A DNA stretch of 58,959 bases from Ancylonema sp. Taxonomy: Eukaryota. Of the stretch, positions 37,433 to 56,789 are shown piece by piece. The notes under the pieces are model-generated. The model searched no databases, had not been told where the DNA came from, and saw only the letters and a list, made by a program, of their open reading frames with translations. The stretch spans positions 1 through 58,959 of the forward strand of contig JBFLGF010000201.1 of assembly GCA_050230475.1 (NCBI GenBank). The letters are read 5' to 3'. Numbering within the stretch: the first letter of the stretch is position 1; each line of letters starts with the position of its first letter. A program made the translations under genes and the position numbers.

Positions 37433-40400
37433 TATTACTACTGGAATCTGCCATGAATGCAGATCGATGCAATAGTCACTCACACATGAATCAAGTAACG
37501 CACAGAGAACAAGATAACTTTAACACAAAAAGAACTTGAGGATCGTAAAACTCTGATTAAACTTATATGAGCACAAAAGCTGCTCTTTTAGTCTGGCAAC
37601 ACATGTCGCTGCCGACGCCGCACACAAGTGATAAGACTAAACCTCAAGGTTATCTACACTTCATCAACCGTCATCAACACGTCGTCGACACGTGGCTAAT
37701 AGTGACAAATCGACACTAGCCAAAACAACAAAAGCTATCATTAAATATTTCGCTAAATCGACACTACTCAAAAATCGATATAACGACAAACATCGACATC
37801 GACAAGAACATAGTTCCCAGTTCAAACTTAACACCCCCTCCGGGAGAACTCACTCCCCTCCAAAGTATCGATTTTTCAAGAAACAAAAACTCTACTTTTT
37901 AATCCGAAGACCAATCAGAGAATTGTTAACCTTCATCACTTTGATGGAAACAGCCTTGGTGAGAATATAAGCTGCTTGTTCCTCACTTTTCACAAACTGC
38001 AAAACAATCTGCCCTTTGGCAACCCTCTCTCAAATCGAGTGCCACTTGATCTCAATATGCTTGGAGCGTCGATGAAAGACTGGGTTTTCAGCCAGCTCAT
38101 CGACGACTTGTTGTCGCCCAGCACCAACACAACACGGCCCCCAACCCCGAGTTTCTCAGCAATACCCAACTCTGCCTGCAGCTGCCCCAAGTACATAGCC
38201 TCATTCCCCGCACAACTTAAGGCCACATACTCACTCTCACAACTACTGTGGGTGAGTGTCTCTAGCAGAGAGCTACGCCAGCTGATAGCTGCCCCAGCAC
38301 GTATGAACACATACCCACTCTTCCCCTTACGTGTAGCAGCATCATTGGCATGACTCGCATCAGAGTACCCCCAAACATCCAAACCCTCCCCTTTCTTGTA
38401 CATCAATCCCAACTCCTGAGTACCCTGAAGACAACGCAAAATCCTCTTTACCCCCTCCCAATGCTCAAGAGTTGGATTCTGACTATAGTGACACAGGGTG
38501 TTGACAGCAGCACCCAGATCAGGACGCGTAGAGGAGACTGCCCATAGCTGACTTGTAGGGAATGGCAGCTAGTGCCCCCTCCTGCAGTAGTGCCCCCTCC
38601 TAGTCTGGAAGCTCCTGGGATCCCTGAGTAAACACCTGGCCCAGCTCCAGAGGTGTGGCTGCAGGATTGCTGGCATCCATCCCAAACTTCACAAGCACCT
38701 CCCCCGAGTACTTTTCCTGGCAGAGAAACACGTCTCCGTTTGGCTGGCGCCTGATCTCCAGCCCTAGCAGAAAGCGAGCTTCTCCCAAGTCTTTCATCTT
38801 GAACTTGTGACCAAGTTGGCCCTTGACTCCACTGATGCGCCCCAGATGGAGACAGAGCAGAAACAAGTCGTCAACGTATAGGGACAGATATAGGGCGTTA
38901 TCTCCTGTTCCCAGGACATACAGCCCGAAATCTGACACTAAACGTCGAAAGCCCATTGTCTGCAGTATCTCGTCAATCTGCTGGTTGCACTCCCGAGGAG
39001 CCTGACTTTCGCGCAAACTGGCCATCTCGGACTCCATGGCCTCCCGCCAGCGCGCTTTGTGGGGACCCCCCAGAGCTTCAGCGACAGTTGCAGGGTTGCC
39101 CACCTCTGAGCTGAGAGTTGCGACATACATTTCGATGTATCGCAAGGGGGGAACACCACGAGCTTCCCGCTCAGAGCGACGAGGACCTAGGGGAGGAGCT
39201 GGATTTTCATCCACAGCCTCCCCCTCAGCCTCATCCCCCCCCCCTCCGTCACCAGCTCCTCCCCCAACTTCATTTTCTCCCGCACCACCATCACCAACAC
39301 CACCCTCAGGTGCGACAATGTCTGCGGTTCCATCCTCCAGTGGCTGCTCATCATTATCGTCGTCATTGCCGTAGCTATCATCACTGACCAGAGACGGAGC
39401 GTCATCATCTGGCAGAGGGGGTGGCCCAAGAAGCGCTGGTTGAGGGTTTTTCTAGTGCGTCTGGAACCGCCTCATCGGCCAAATTCGGACCCCCGTTCGC
39501 AGCACCCCCACCCCCGTTATTTCCGCTCAGATACCCGCCCCTTCCGAATCCCCCCTCGCCCGCAAGGGCGCCCCCTCCAATTCCTGCCACAGCTCCCCCT
39601 CCCAAACACGGCCAGTCCATTTCGACGTAGGGCGGGAGTTCAGCTATGTTGCCCTTCTTGCCGACAATTTTTACCCCTCCACCAGCCTGCAGGCACACCC
39701 TTGTCGAATTTTGCGTGACCGTCACCGACATTATGCACTTTATTTGTCGGAGTACCCCACTAAGACTCCTGTCCACGCCAGAGTTGCCATTTCCCCCCTC
39801 TCTCCCGTTTTTCGAGTCGCACGAACACCTTGCACCCGAATGATCGCAAATGACCCGAGATTTGGAGATTTCCCTGTTCACAACTCCTCAGGCGTCTTGG
39901 CGAGGCCACTGACTTGGCATCGATTTCGAATGTGCGAAGCCAAAGAAATGGCCTCGGCCCAGAGACCCGGAGAACTTTCATGCCGAGAAGCATCGATCGA
40001 GCTCGATCTTGCAGCGTGCGGTTCATCCGCTCGGTAATGCCATATTTTCCTGTGGCGTGTTTGGTGACGTGGGCTCGTGCTTGATTCCCCTATTCGCCAG
40101 CCACGTCTGATTCGCCATCAATAAATTCCCCTCCCCGATCTGAGCGCAGATTTTTTATCTTGCAGCCACTTTGCGTTTCCCATATTGCGATCCACTGCTT
40201 CAGTCTAGCCGCTGCCTCGTCCTTTTTGCGCAGGATCTCTACCCATGACTTGCGAGCACTCGTCGACGATGACCAGGTCGTATAACCCTCCTCCAATCGA
40301 TGCTGGTTTAAACGGGCCTGCCACACCCACCGACACCCGTCCTAGCAAGACTTTCTCGCCAGCCCCTGGCTCACGTCGAGGATGCGGGTGGTCATGGGCC

Positions 40401-43400
40401 TTCCCGAATCTGCACCCGTCACATCCCACCATGGCTCCCGAAATTCCTCCCTCCAAACCCCGCACTAATTTCTTCTTCGCCATGGATCGAATTACCCGCT
40501 CATTCACATGGCCGATGCGCACGTGCAATCTGTTGACATCGACAGCGGCCACCACAGCTTCTCCCTCCGTAACCCGGTGTCGACGCACCGGATTGTAAAT
40601 GAGAGTGTGCCTCCCGCTCGTTGCCTCCCGCAAAGTACAGACTTGTCGTCTAGCCTCGGTGTATACAGGAATAATTCCACATAGTTTTCCACTGCACGTG
40701 TAAGACCATGCCGCCTGACGAAGCTTCTGGCCGCTAAACAAATTGACTCGAATGCCAGGAATGTAGAGACACTCGTGCAGGGTGATGCCTCCGCACTCAC
40801 CATCAGTATCCACGTCGATCATTCCCCATTTTTCCTCTCTCACACTACCCTGCAATTGATAAAGAATGAATTCTTTTGAAATATCGACGAGTGTCTTGAA
40901 CTGAGACCGATCGCCACACGAGTGATGACTGGCACCGCCATCGTACAGCCACACTCCTTCCTGATCTGTCATGCCGACTGCTTCGCCGACAACACCTTCC
41001 CTGTGTCCCAGCTCCAACTCCTCAAATTCACCGACTTGCGCATTTCTCCTCCCTGTCTAGACACCCTTTCGTTGCATTCGAGGTGCACCATTTTTCTTGT
41101 CGAAGCAGGTGCACTCGTGGTGACCAATCGCTCCGCAGAACGCGCACGCGTCGTTTTTGCTCGGGCAATCCCGACTGAGATGGCCGGTCTTCCCGCAACA
41201 AAAACACGCGCGCGTGTCACCACCTGCACGTGCGTTTCCACTTCCACCGTCCCTGCCACCAGCACTACGGCTGCCTGCACCACCGCCTCGTCATCCTCGA
41301 TAGCTTCCCCGTCCGCCAGTCCGTTGACGTGCCGTCCACTTTGCATAGTTCACCTCCGCAGGCAGCGCTTCAGCCTTTTCTTCTTCTTTCTCTTTGTTGT
41401 CCTCGAGCTCGTCGATTCCCATCTGGGAATCAGCTGGGGGGATGGGGGGAAGGGTATTGACAAGCAAACCACAGAAGCATATAGTCCTGAACAAAACGGA
41501 ATCTGTGAACGACTGAATAGAACATTGACAGAAAATATGCGATGCATATTAATCTGGTCAGGTCTACCGAAGTCTTATTGGGATGTGGCATTATTACATG
41601 CAGACTGGTTAAGGAACAGAACACCCACTAAGTCGCTTTCTGGGAAAATTCCAATTGAGGTCCTGGGAGGGAAAGAACATGACAGTTAATAAAAGTCATA
41701 ATTTCGGGTGTCTGGTCCAATATCTGAAGGTTGGGGGGGAAAAGAACAGTCAAGGGGACAGGTTTGCCCCTCGCACTTGCTTTGGGGTGTTTCTGGGGAT
41801 GGCTGCGGGGAGTGCAGGCTACAAGGTTTTCGACCCCCATAGAGCTGGGGGGATATCACGCATGGACGTGCGGTTCTTTGTGGAGGTGCCGGGGTACCCG
41901 AAGCTGATGGGGGGGAGAGCTCCCCAGATTGAGGAGGCAGCAGAAAAACACTTTTTCCCCGACCCTCAAGATGAACCAGCTGCAGCAGTTGTGCCAGCAG
42001 CAGCAGTCCACCCCAACATGCCAGCAGCAGCAGTCCACCCCCAACATGCCAGCAGCAGCAGTTCTGCAACCGATGTCAGCAGTTCTGCAACCAATCCCAG
42101 CACTAGCAGAAGCAGCAGTCCCTGAGCCAGCAGCTGCCATCGACTATCCGCACGACAACTTCCAGCCACAAGCTGCTGAGGTCCCTAACGCTACGATTGT
42201 GCTGTCTGACAGCCAGTCAGGGATCAACAACGCAGGAGGTGGAGATGCAGGGGAGGAGGAGGTGCAAGGAGGCGGTGCGAACCCAGGAGTGGGGGAGCCA
42301 GGCAGCGTAGCTGATCGGGTGATGGCCAGAAGGCGAGCCAACTTTGCCGAGTATGGGGATCTCATGTGATGGATGGGGAGGAGTTCGATGACGCAGCTAC
42401 ACGCCAACTACTCAGCGACTGAGTGGGAGCCCAGCAGTTTCTACACTGGCTTCAACGGTCCTGTGGATCCGGGCTACGCATGCGTAGCATCTAACAGCAA
42501 CTCCTCCGAGCCACTCATCATCCCATATTTTGATCGTGACATCCCCGAAAATAGCGCCACAATCATGTCTTCTTCATTGACTCATAATCGCTGGTGTTTG
42601 GCTTCGTCGACCACTGCCATGAACTTGTCTTTGATTTGCCGAACACTCTCTATTTCATTGACTTTGAAGGTGTTGAGCTTCTGCTTTGCAAGTTGACGGA
42701 GTTCGGGTGTGATCCTGTCATAATACTCATGCAGTTCTGTCCACATCGCGGCTGGATTTCGACGATCTGTCTCCAGACTAGTAGCGATACTATCACTGAT
42801 TAGAGATAAGATAATCATCGATGCTTTCTTTTTGCGCTGGTTAAAGCTCTTCGTCTCACGGAAGAATTCGTCCATTTCATCTTCATTATCCAGATCACCG
42901 CGAGCATCGAATCGTGGACCGACTACCGCTGGTGCAACCTCTGCTCCGTCGCATAGGTCTAAACAATCATCAGCATCCAGACTTGCCGAAGCTTTTGACC
43001 TCCATGCCTAAAATGGAACTTTATCTTCATCCAAAATCGTGTACCTTGCTCTGATACCATTGTTGCTACTAGAATCTGCCATGAATGCAGATCTCGATGC
43101 AATAGTCACTCACACATGAATCAGGTAACGCACAGAGAACAAGATAACTTCAACACAAGAAGAACTTGAGAATTGTAAAACTCTGATTAAACTTGTTTGA
43201 GCATAAAAGCTACTCTTTTAGTCTAGCAGCACATCTCGCTGCCGACGCCGCACACCAAGTGATAAGACTAAACCTCAAGTTTATATACACCATCATCAAC
43301 CGTCATCAACATGTCGTTGACACGTGGCTAATAGTGACAAATCGACACTAGCCAAAACAACAAAAGTTATCATGAAATATTTCGCTAAATCGACAGTACT

Positions 43401-43464
43401 CAAAAATCGATATAACGGCAAACTTCGACATCGACAAGAACATAGTTCCGAGTTCAACTTAGCA
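37433..43464 (-). mobile_element. Degenerate Ty1/Copia LTR retrotransposon
   Basis: LTRs 43061-43464 (5') and 37433-37833 (3'), TSD gtgga/gtaga, PBS TGGTATCAGAGC (43059-43048), PPT GGAGGGGG. Order gag with two CX2CX4HX4C knuckles (~41090-41210), protease WLYDGGASHH, integrase (HVRIGH, LRSDRGGEF), RT (YVDDL, N-half deleted), RNase H (GYSDAS, ESEYVAL). Stops and frameshifts present. Confidence 0.95.
41430..42516 (+). mobile_element. Inverted fragment of another Copia integrase C-terminal region embedded in gag
   Basis: + strand YSPEQNGICERLNRTLTENMRC...LPKSYW...RNRTP and FGC...GVFLG...GYKVFD, opposite to the host element. Boundaries approximate. Confidence 0.85.
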
Positions 43465-46400
43465 GTAGAAACCCCCTACCGCGGGCCGAAAATGCGGTGT
43501 CAGCAATCCTAGTGGTCAGAGATAATGACCCGGGTGAAAAAAATACGAAACAATTTAATCAAGACCAAAACTTCCGGTGACCCATTAAATTGACCCGGGT
43601 AAATGGGAATTAACATATTGTAACCCAGACCCACCCAAAAACAACAAACACCCAAATGTTATTTGGTTATCATTATGTATGACCAAAACCGTAAGGTACG
43701 CATGTTGTACCGCGCCAATATCATATAGCATACGAATACACCTGTATCGATCCTCTCCGGGAGAGGATCGATCGCAATCGATCCGTTGGATCCGATCAAT
43801 CCGGCCACTATCAGACCACAATGGGAACACGGGCGACCGGGACCGAGCCACGTAAATGTAGGAAACCACCAAACCGCATTTACTATCATGACCCACTTTA
43901 GGAGAATTCGAAAATAATGCATGGCCCAATGGGCAATAATTTATACCGAAAAATGACCCGACCCACCCACCCCTTTAGGAATTACTTTTGGGTCATTATA
44001 TATGACCAATACGGTATTAGGGAAATGAAATTGTGGGGTCTTTCTATGCACTCGAGAACGAGGGTGCATGGTGTTTGCAAGATGGTCTGGCACATTTAGA
44101 AGGGAAGTTTAACGTCGATTTCGTTATTTTTTTTAATTCAGACTCGTATATAAAGTCCGAGACTAATTTGATTTTTAGAATGAGATAGATAGTGAGAGCA
44201 AGAGTACTTGTGATGTCATTTCAATCATGGTCGACGAACATTATGATGCCTTGTATCACTATCTATCTACATTTTGAGATTGCTTCAAGAAATGGTAAAT
44301 ATGGCTACGTATTTTAGTCATCGTTTTCCTTATACATGTATGTGCATGAGAATAAATAAGATGTACGAAGAGATAATGTACAATGACAACTAGCATGAAC
44401 TCACACGAAGATCAACATACATGCTTTTGTGTGAAACGTTATTTGGTCTTCATAGTAGACATATTTTCAGGTCGCTAATGAATTTAGTGATATGATTTGG
44501 CTCCGGAAACACCTATCTTGTGGATTATTAAAAAGATAATACAAGTTCACTATTTCGCGTATTTTGAAGCTTATTTAGCGTATTAATACAGTGCGAGCAC
44601 AACATTTAGAGTATGGTGCGTATTGTGCAGCCTTGTAGTGAACACAATGGACATAAACAACATGAACAATTTCCGGTTATAGATTCTGGAGTCATACACA
44701 TTCTAGGTTTTTCTCATATATCGCTATTTGCAAGAAATAACCTCTTGTACACGTACTACGCAGTAAAAAAATATTAAATAATTTGTCTTTAGATAGTGTG
44801 TCGTTATGCTTATATCCAGGACGATTTTTATCTTGTTTAAGAAAAGTTTTCTAAAATTGTCCTCCTATCGAGGTTTTTTGTCTAAAGAGGGTCGTCATAA
44901 CGAGGGAGCACTGAAGTACTACGTAGAAGTAACATATTCAATATAAACTGAGCAATGTCATATATTCGATACAGTCACCAAATCGTCCGCCGTCTTTTCG
45001 CCCCCCGCCAAAAGTCCACAAAAACTAGTATATTCACCCACGTTGAAGTCAACCATGAATTTTTACACTTATCTCCTATACATTGAAGTAAGTTTTGAAA
45101 TAAGAAAAGATGTCTCATGTTTATAGAATGTTTATACACTGTGTCACTTTTGTTTGTTAAATAAAATGTTGTGCCCTAGCACCGAAAGGGCATAAATATT
45201 TTGTGAATCAAACTCAATATTGTGGCCTCATCCATGCGCATGATTGCACACATCCACACATGAAGATGATAAAAATGTTTTTGCGCCCGATCAGGTTGCT
45301 AAACATTCATACATTTCACTCTCTTTTGGTCACCTTAGACCTGCGCCTTTCGTGAGAAGGTGACTCTATCCAAAACACACTGTAGGTAGTAGAAGGTACA
45401 AGTCTTGAGATGTGCAATAGCTTGTGGTGTGAACACGTAATAACGCTTCACTAAGTACGCACATGTAACAAGACTATATACACACTGCACACATTCGTGT
45501 ATCTTGCTGCTTAGTACTCATACTTGAATGCATATTAGTTTTCTCGTCCCAAAGTGTATTTCGGTTGCATAATATGAAGACCAAAATGTGCAATAGAAAA
45601 CGTAAAATAAAAATAATGTGCGTAGTGTTAAAGACGTGCATACCGGCTGTTGACATGCGTTAAATCTCAATGTGCGCATATTCATGTGTGCGTATTTAAC
45701 TCCATACGATATGATGAAAATATGACCTCCCAGCGTTAACGAACTTCGTATATAAATTCTTCAACGCTCATAGTTTTTCCGCACGCGTTTCGCATGCGTG
45801 CGGAACGCGCGCGAAACCCTCATGCCTCCAACCAACTATGGTATTGAGGTTTCGTTGAACTACCTATGCAACTTGGAAGGCAACTAACAATTGGTAAGTA
45901 AGAAGAGAGGCTGCAAGGCGGAGGGAGACAATGTGGCCGACCAGTTCAACGTAATATCGATCTATTACAATTTGCATGTCTTGCTTAAACAAACAATTGA
46001 GGGTTTGGAATTGCGCCCCGGGTTTGGACTCGCATTCATGGAGTCCGAAGCCGGAACTCGGCTTGCAAGGGAAATTTCGGCATACAATCATTGAAGCTTC
46101 TTGTGGACACCTTATTTGAAACATGGAGAACGAAATAAGGATTTAGTGACGTGTGTTTTGTATCAACATATCTCACCAATATGCAGACGACCGAAACGAC
46201 TAAAACGTGATGAATGTACACAACTTTTACTCTGTGCCACATCCGCCACATCCGGCGGTTCCCACTCCCTCATTCCGTGCAACTTTGGTTTATTGTACGA
46301 GGGGAATGATATATTGCCTTTGTTTTTCGCCAAAAGCGCTTGTAACAATGAGTATTTCATACCGCAATAACCTTAAGAGGACAAAACAAAAATGCTTATT

Positions 46401-46871
46401 CAAGCCTCAATGAATAATATACATAAGTTAAAATCTTTGCTGAATTCGGGTCATGTGCACGTCTATTGTGACGCAAATACGGGTGGTACGTAATTCAAAC
46501 AACAACAACAAGAACATCTCCAACGTGAATATGTTTTGAGTGCACTTCCACTTGGAGCTCAACCGAAGATACGGGGGAGGACATGATCTGATTTGGGGGT
46601 AAAGTCGGAAGTTGGGTATGAGTGTGCCAAGTTTGTGTCCTATTCTCAAGCACAAGTCTAGGTTGCTGGAACATGACCGCCTCTTGAATTCACGTGCGAG
46701 CAATGTCTCTCACTGCATCAATCATGGCCATGGGCAAGCCCATCTCGTAGGACTAAAACATGAAAAAGTAAGGCGATCACTCCTCGAAACTGTTTGGTTG
46801 GGCCGCTAGTCAAGTGGGCCGCTGAGCTGTCAAAAGCTTGAAAACGCAAGGTGCCGAAGGCATCAAGTATC

Positions 46872-47472
46872 TCAAAGGGCTTCCTCTCTCGATGGACCTT
46901 CTATTGTAAGAGGCTTCCTTTTTTGCGCCGCTTCTACTCTCGAATCCCACGCCGCCATTTGTCCTCTTAACTCCCCCACCAACATTGGCGTCTTTGGAAA
47001 ACCCGATTTCCGCTCACCTGTAGCACGAATACACGATTGTAATTCATCTACTAAAGAGAGAGCGATACATTTCACAGAAATACCCGCACTCGATATGTGC
47101 ACCAAGAAGGAAATCTCATTTTTTATACATATCACGGAAACCCAAAGTGAATGTCCCAAATTCAAGACATGGACCTTATGATTAACCCTGAAAACAAGAA
47201 TACAAACAGAGTCCTATGTTAAGATTCCCAGTGGCATCGCAAAAAGCTTGGATTAAAAGATTAGCTACTGTACAAATCCCGTACCAAGTGTTTTAAACAA
47301 TGCTTTGTTACAGTGCCAACAGTCGGTTTTGGCCCAAACCACTGCTGAAGGCAGTAAGTAGAAATTAAATGAGTTTCCTTTTGAAACTTTTGACTTCCGA
47401 CACATTCTTTTCAACACGGAATGATATAAATTCGAGGTAGATTTGTGTATTTTGTGAACTTTATGCTTTGTG

Positions 47473-47506
<34 letters not shown>

Positions 47507-50068
47507 TTTTTTTTTGTAGACTACGTAATTGATAAGTTGCCATGTAGACTCCTCTTGTGACTACAGAGTGGTAACCGTTCCCAACCGTTCCCAACCGTTC
47601 CCAACCGACTCAATTTTCAAGAAACTTTGACAAGCATGACACCCCACAACCCCCTCCCTCCCTACTCGCTAGCAAGTTTGCCAAGAGCCTCTCGTAGTCT
47701 TTCAGCAACGCTTCCTCCGCACCAAAGACGAGATGACGACTCTGAAGAATAGAATGAGAATGGATGGTTACAATCGGAATCATGTGCCTAAAGAAAATGC
47801 ATCCTCTCATCAGAACTTGACGCCTTATTTACACCCCTTTTGTCTCCATTCTTCACTCGATCTCGTGGAACTGCTCGTGTGGTCGAAGAGGGCAAAAAAC
47901 AGAACTTACTTTCTCAACACGAAAAAGAACACCAGCCCCTTTCGAAGATCACACAATCTTACGGGACATACTAGTTCAGGGCGGTTCAGGTTCCAGGGCA
48001 GAATTCAGGTTCAGGATTCAGCCACGAGACGTGACTTTTTTTTTGGCATCTTTTTTTTCTCACCATGGGCTGCTCGATGTGCTCATGAAGAGGAAGGGTG
48101 GCAAAAAGCCTGCGGGCACAAATTCCGGGGATGGCAAAAGCTTAATGACAGTTGGAGTAATGTGGCGAAAATGTCGATTTTGATGTAGAAATGTACACCA
48201 AAACGCCATCCCTCATGGCTTGAAACGAGCAAAACTGCCTGCTTGGTATGTGTGCCTGCACCACCCACTTGTTTTTTGCCGCCTTCACTTTGAGTTTTGC
48301 CATCTCCTCCAGTTCTGCCAACTTTGCAGCCGCAGTTAGGGTGCTGCAGTCAATTGCGCCATACAGAAATGCCCCTGCCTCCCCCTCCCCTCCCTTCACC
48401 AAACGGTGCAGAATCTGGAGGGCGGGAGCCAGCTGGCACTCCCGGATTTGCTGCGCCAGGTGCACGAGATTCTTGGTGTCCCCTGGTGGAAGTGGGCGGG
48501 AAATCGCAGTTTCATGTCATGTGTCCCTCACTGGGGTTTACTCTCGGCTGTGCCAATGTACATATCGATACGGATACGGATACGGAAACGGATTCGGATT
48601 CGGATTCGGATACGGATACGGATACGGATACGGATACGGATATAGATACGGATGTATGCAGATCGCCATGTGCGAGATTTGTGCGAGATTTGTGTGTATG
48701 TGTCAACGAGTACGTTAAACTGAAAGATCACAGGCATGTGATACATGCATGGATTTCCCCAAAAATGCGGAATTCAGACAGGTGTACTTCATCGGTGGAC
48801 CCTTCTACAAACACGTGAGCTGATGCGCTTCTACACGTATATATACATCCACTGAAAAAGCACACATATACACACATGCACTTGCATACACATACAAATT
48901 GCCAACTATACTCATGTAAATACATGTGCATGTCTGAATAGATACAAATGAATATATACTTTTTTACACATAGGTATGTATGTATGTATGTATGTATGTA
49001 TATGCCTGTATGATGTATGTCTGTATTTACGAATCTATGTATGTATTCACATCTTTACGTATGTCAGATTGTATTCAGATACATGTATGTATGCATGTAT
49101 GTATGTCTGCAAGTATGTATGTATGTACTCGGGCACTATTGATTGATGTCTGTGTCGTGGAAGCATACATACATGACATATGGTAATGGTCATTATCTAC
49201 GTATGTAATATGTATGCATGTAAGTTTATATGCACTTACATGTGTATGAACTTCTTCACAAATGGGGATTCCAAATTCAATCAAGTCTTACGGAGGGAGG
49301 TGTAGATGAGCACTTTGGGCCACTTCTCCGAATTCTGGGTATGCACGAGGCAGTAGAGGGTGTACAAAGCGCCGATCCGAGCGCTCAAGGGGTGATCATT
49401 GCCCAGACGACCTGAATTTCAATGCCCAAAAGACCCAAAACATTTTTTTCTTTGGTATGAAATCAAGGGGGTGATCCATAATCCCAAGTCGGGTCCACAC
49501 TATATGTTGATAACCGGAACGTGTGCAGCTGGATGGGAACTTTGGCTGCTCTATATCTGAATGAGATTTTCACATAAGTCCGAACCTCCGTACTAAGAGC
49601 AGAGGAGTATAGGATCTGCATGTAGCTCTTTGGGCTCATCTCCGCGGGTCGCCCCTCGTGAATCAAAGTGAAGTGGCGGGACGACCACAGGGTGCGGAAG
49701 GACGAGAAGTCCGACACATTCAACTGGCGTAGGGAAGGGGATGGGGACACGGGGACAGATGGGTGGGACTGTGGTTAGTAAAATATGTGAGTTGCCTCAC
49801 CGTTATATTCCAACTGTACTGGCAGTATCGCGCTTTTTAATTATACATTGCGTTCCTGATATTCGCATTCGAGCGACGAGAAAAAAAAACAACGCAGGGA
49901 TCACAGTGATTTCCAAAGAAAAAAATGTGACACACTGCTGTGGAAAAGTCACGTCAATAAATGGCACAAAAACTCCATTTAAGCTTTGATCGGTTATTCA
50001 GTTCAGCCCCTAACCTGGGCGTAAGCGTCCAGGAGCTCTTCCACATCTCTCACGTATCCCGCTTGCAT
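46872..50068 (-). CDS. SNAPC1: snRNA-activating protein complex subunit 1 (SNAP43 family), ~272 aa
   Basis: 7 exons: 50068-50015, 49723-49594, 49411-49292, 48482-48269, 48109-48064, 47741-47666, 47050-46872, all phases consistent. RDVEELLDAY...FSSFRTLWSSRHFTLIHEGRP...YMQILY...RIGALYTLYCLVHTQ...FLYGAID match the SNAP43 family pattern. The last two exons are less certain. Confidence 0.82.
48566..48653. repeat. (GATACG/GATTCG)n hexamer microsatellite in SNAPC1 intron 3
   Basis: cggatacggatacggaaacggattcggattcggattcggatacggatacg... Confidence 0.9.
48975..49250. repeat. Degenerate (TATG)n tract in SNAPC1 intron 3
   Basis: tatgtatgtatgtatg runs interspersed over ~270 bp. Confidence 0.75.
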
Positions 50069-50920
50069 CGGATCAAGTCAACGAGAAACGTCAAATCGCT
50101 TACTCGCATGCCCTGACGTCATACGTAGCGCCTGTATCGGGCTCTCATTTCTAGCCGGACCGATTCCCGATGACCAGTCAGCATCGTTTCTGTGCAGACG
50201 ACCTGCCCAAATGTCTCTGCAGTGTCGCTGGCGGAACTGACGATTCGCGAATGACCATCCCAACTCCACGCTCTCGTTTTCTTGACCTCTGGCGTGACGC
50301 CTACGCCACTTCTGTGACCTCAATGCGCCATCCGAGCTGCGCCTCGTTTGGTTCGTTGTGCCGGTCGCGGCGCAAATCGATTCCTGAACGCGATTGCGCC
50401 GTCGCCAAGCTGCAGCCACTGGGCAAAACTGGGCGAACTGGCGTGACGTCACCGTGCTTTCTCGTTTGCTGACATGTGGCACTACAGCAGTGGCACCCTA
50501 CTCTATGTGCTTCTGTCAGAATCTGGAGAAGGCGAATTTTCTCCAAGGATCAACCCCAAAGACCCTTTTCAGACTTCAGCATTCAATCTTTAACCGCTCG
50601 CGCATGGCTTGTGAAGAGTGATGATAGCTTTAGTGACAGCTTCGCGTTGCATCAAATTAAACCACATGCTCCACCGCTTGTGCGAGCCCCCGTCAATTCC
50701 TTTCACTCTTGCGAGCGTACTCCCCAGGCGGGATACTTAACGCGTTAGCTACAGCACTGCACGGGTAGCTACGCACAGCGCTTAGTATCCATCGTTTACG
50801 GCTAGGACTACTGGAGTATCTAATCCCATTTGCTCCCCTAGCTCTCGTCACTCAGTGTCAGTTTCGGCCCAGCAGAGTACCTTCGCCGTTGGTGTTCCTT
50901 CCGATATAGCTTCCTCGCGC

Positions 50921-56789
<5,869 letters not shown>

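Larger units (their letters stand above)
37018..43511. mobile_element. hAT-like MITE interrupted by a Copia element
   Basis: TIR tagggttgtcgacaccgc / gcggtgtcagcaatccta, TSD gtggtcac / gtggtcag, CTACCG/CGGTAG subterminal repeats. Confidence 0.8.
37005..44014. mobile_element. Second copy of the CCGTA-TIR Tc1/mariner-type family (inverted relative to 16693), hosting two nested insertions
   Basis: ta|ccgtagtggtca...(insert)...gtggtcagagataatgacccggg and gggtcattatatatgaccaatacgg|ta. Subterminal sequences match the 16693 element in opposite orientation. Confidence 0.75.

Noticed and set aside
37692..43512. Duplicated ORF MANSDKSTLAKTTK at 37692 and 43324
   Set aside because: Both lie antisense within the two LTRs; duplication is explained by the LTRs.
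45891..46370. Two same-frame ORFs separated by one stop (possible pseudogene or transposase relic)
   Set aside because: No motif I can assign with confidence; needs a profile search.
48248..48818. GYGYG / DTDTD / RIRIR ORFs
   Set aside because: Readings of the intronic hexamer microsatellite.
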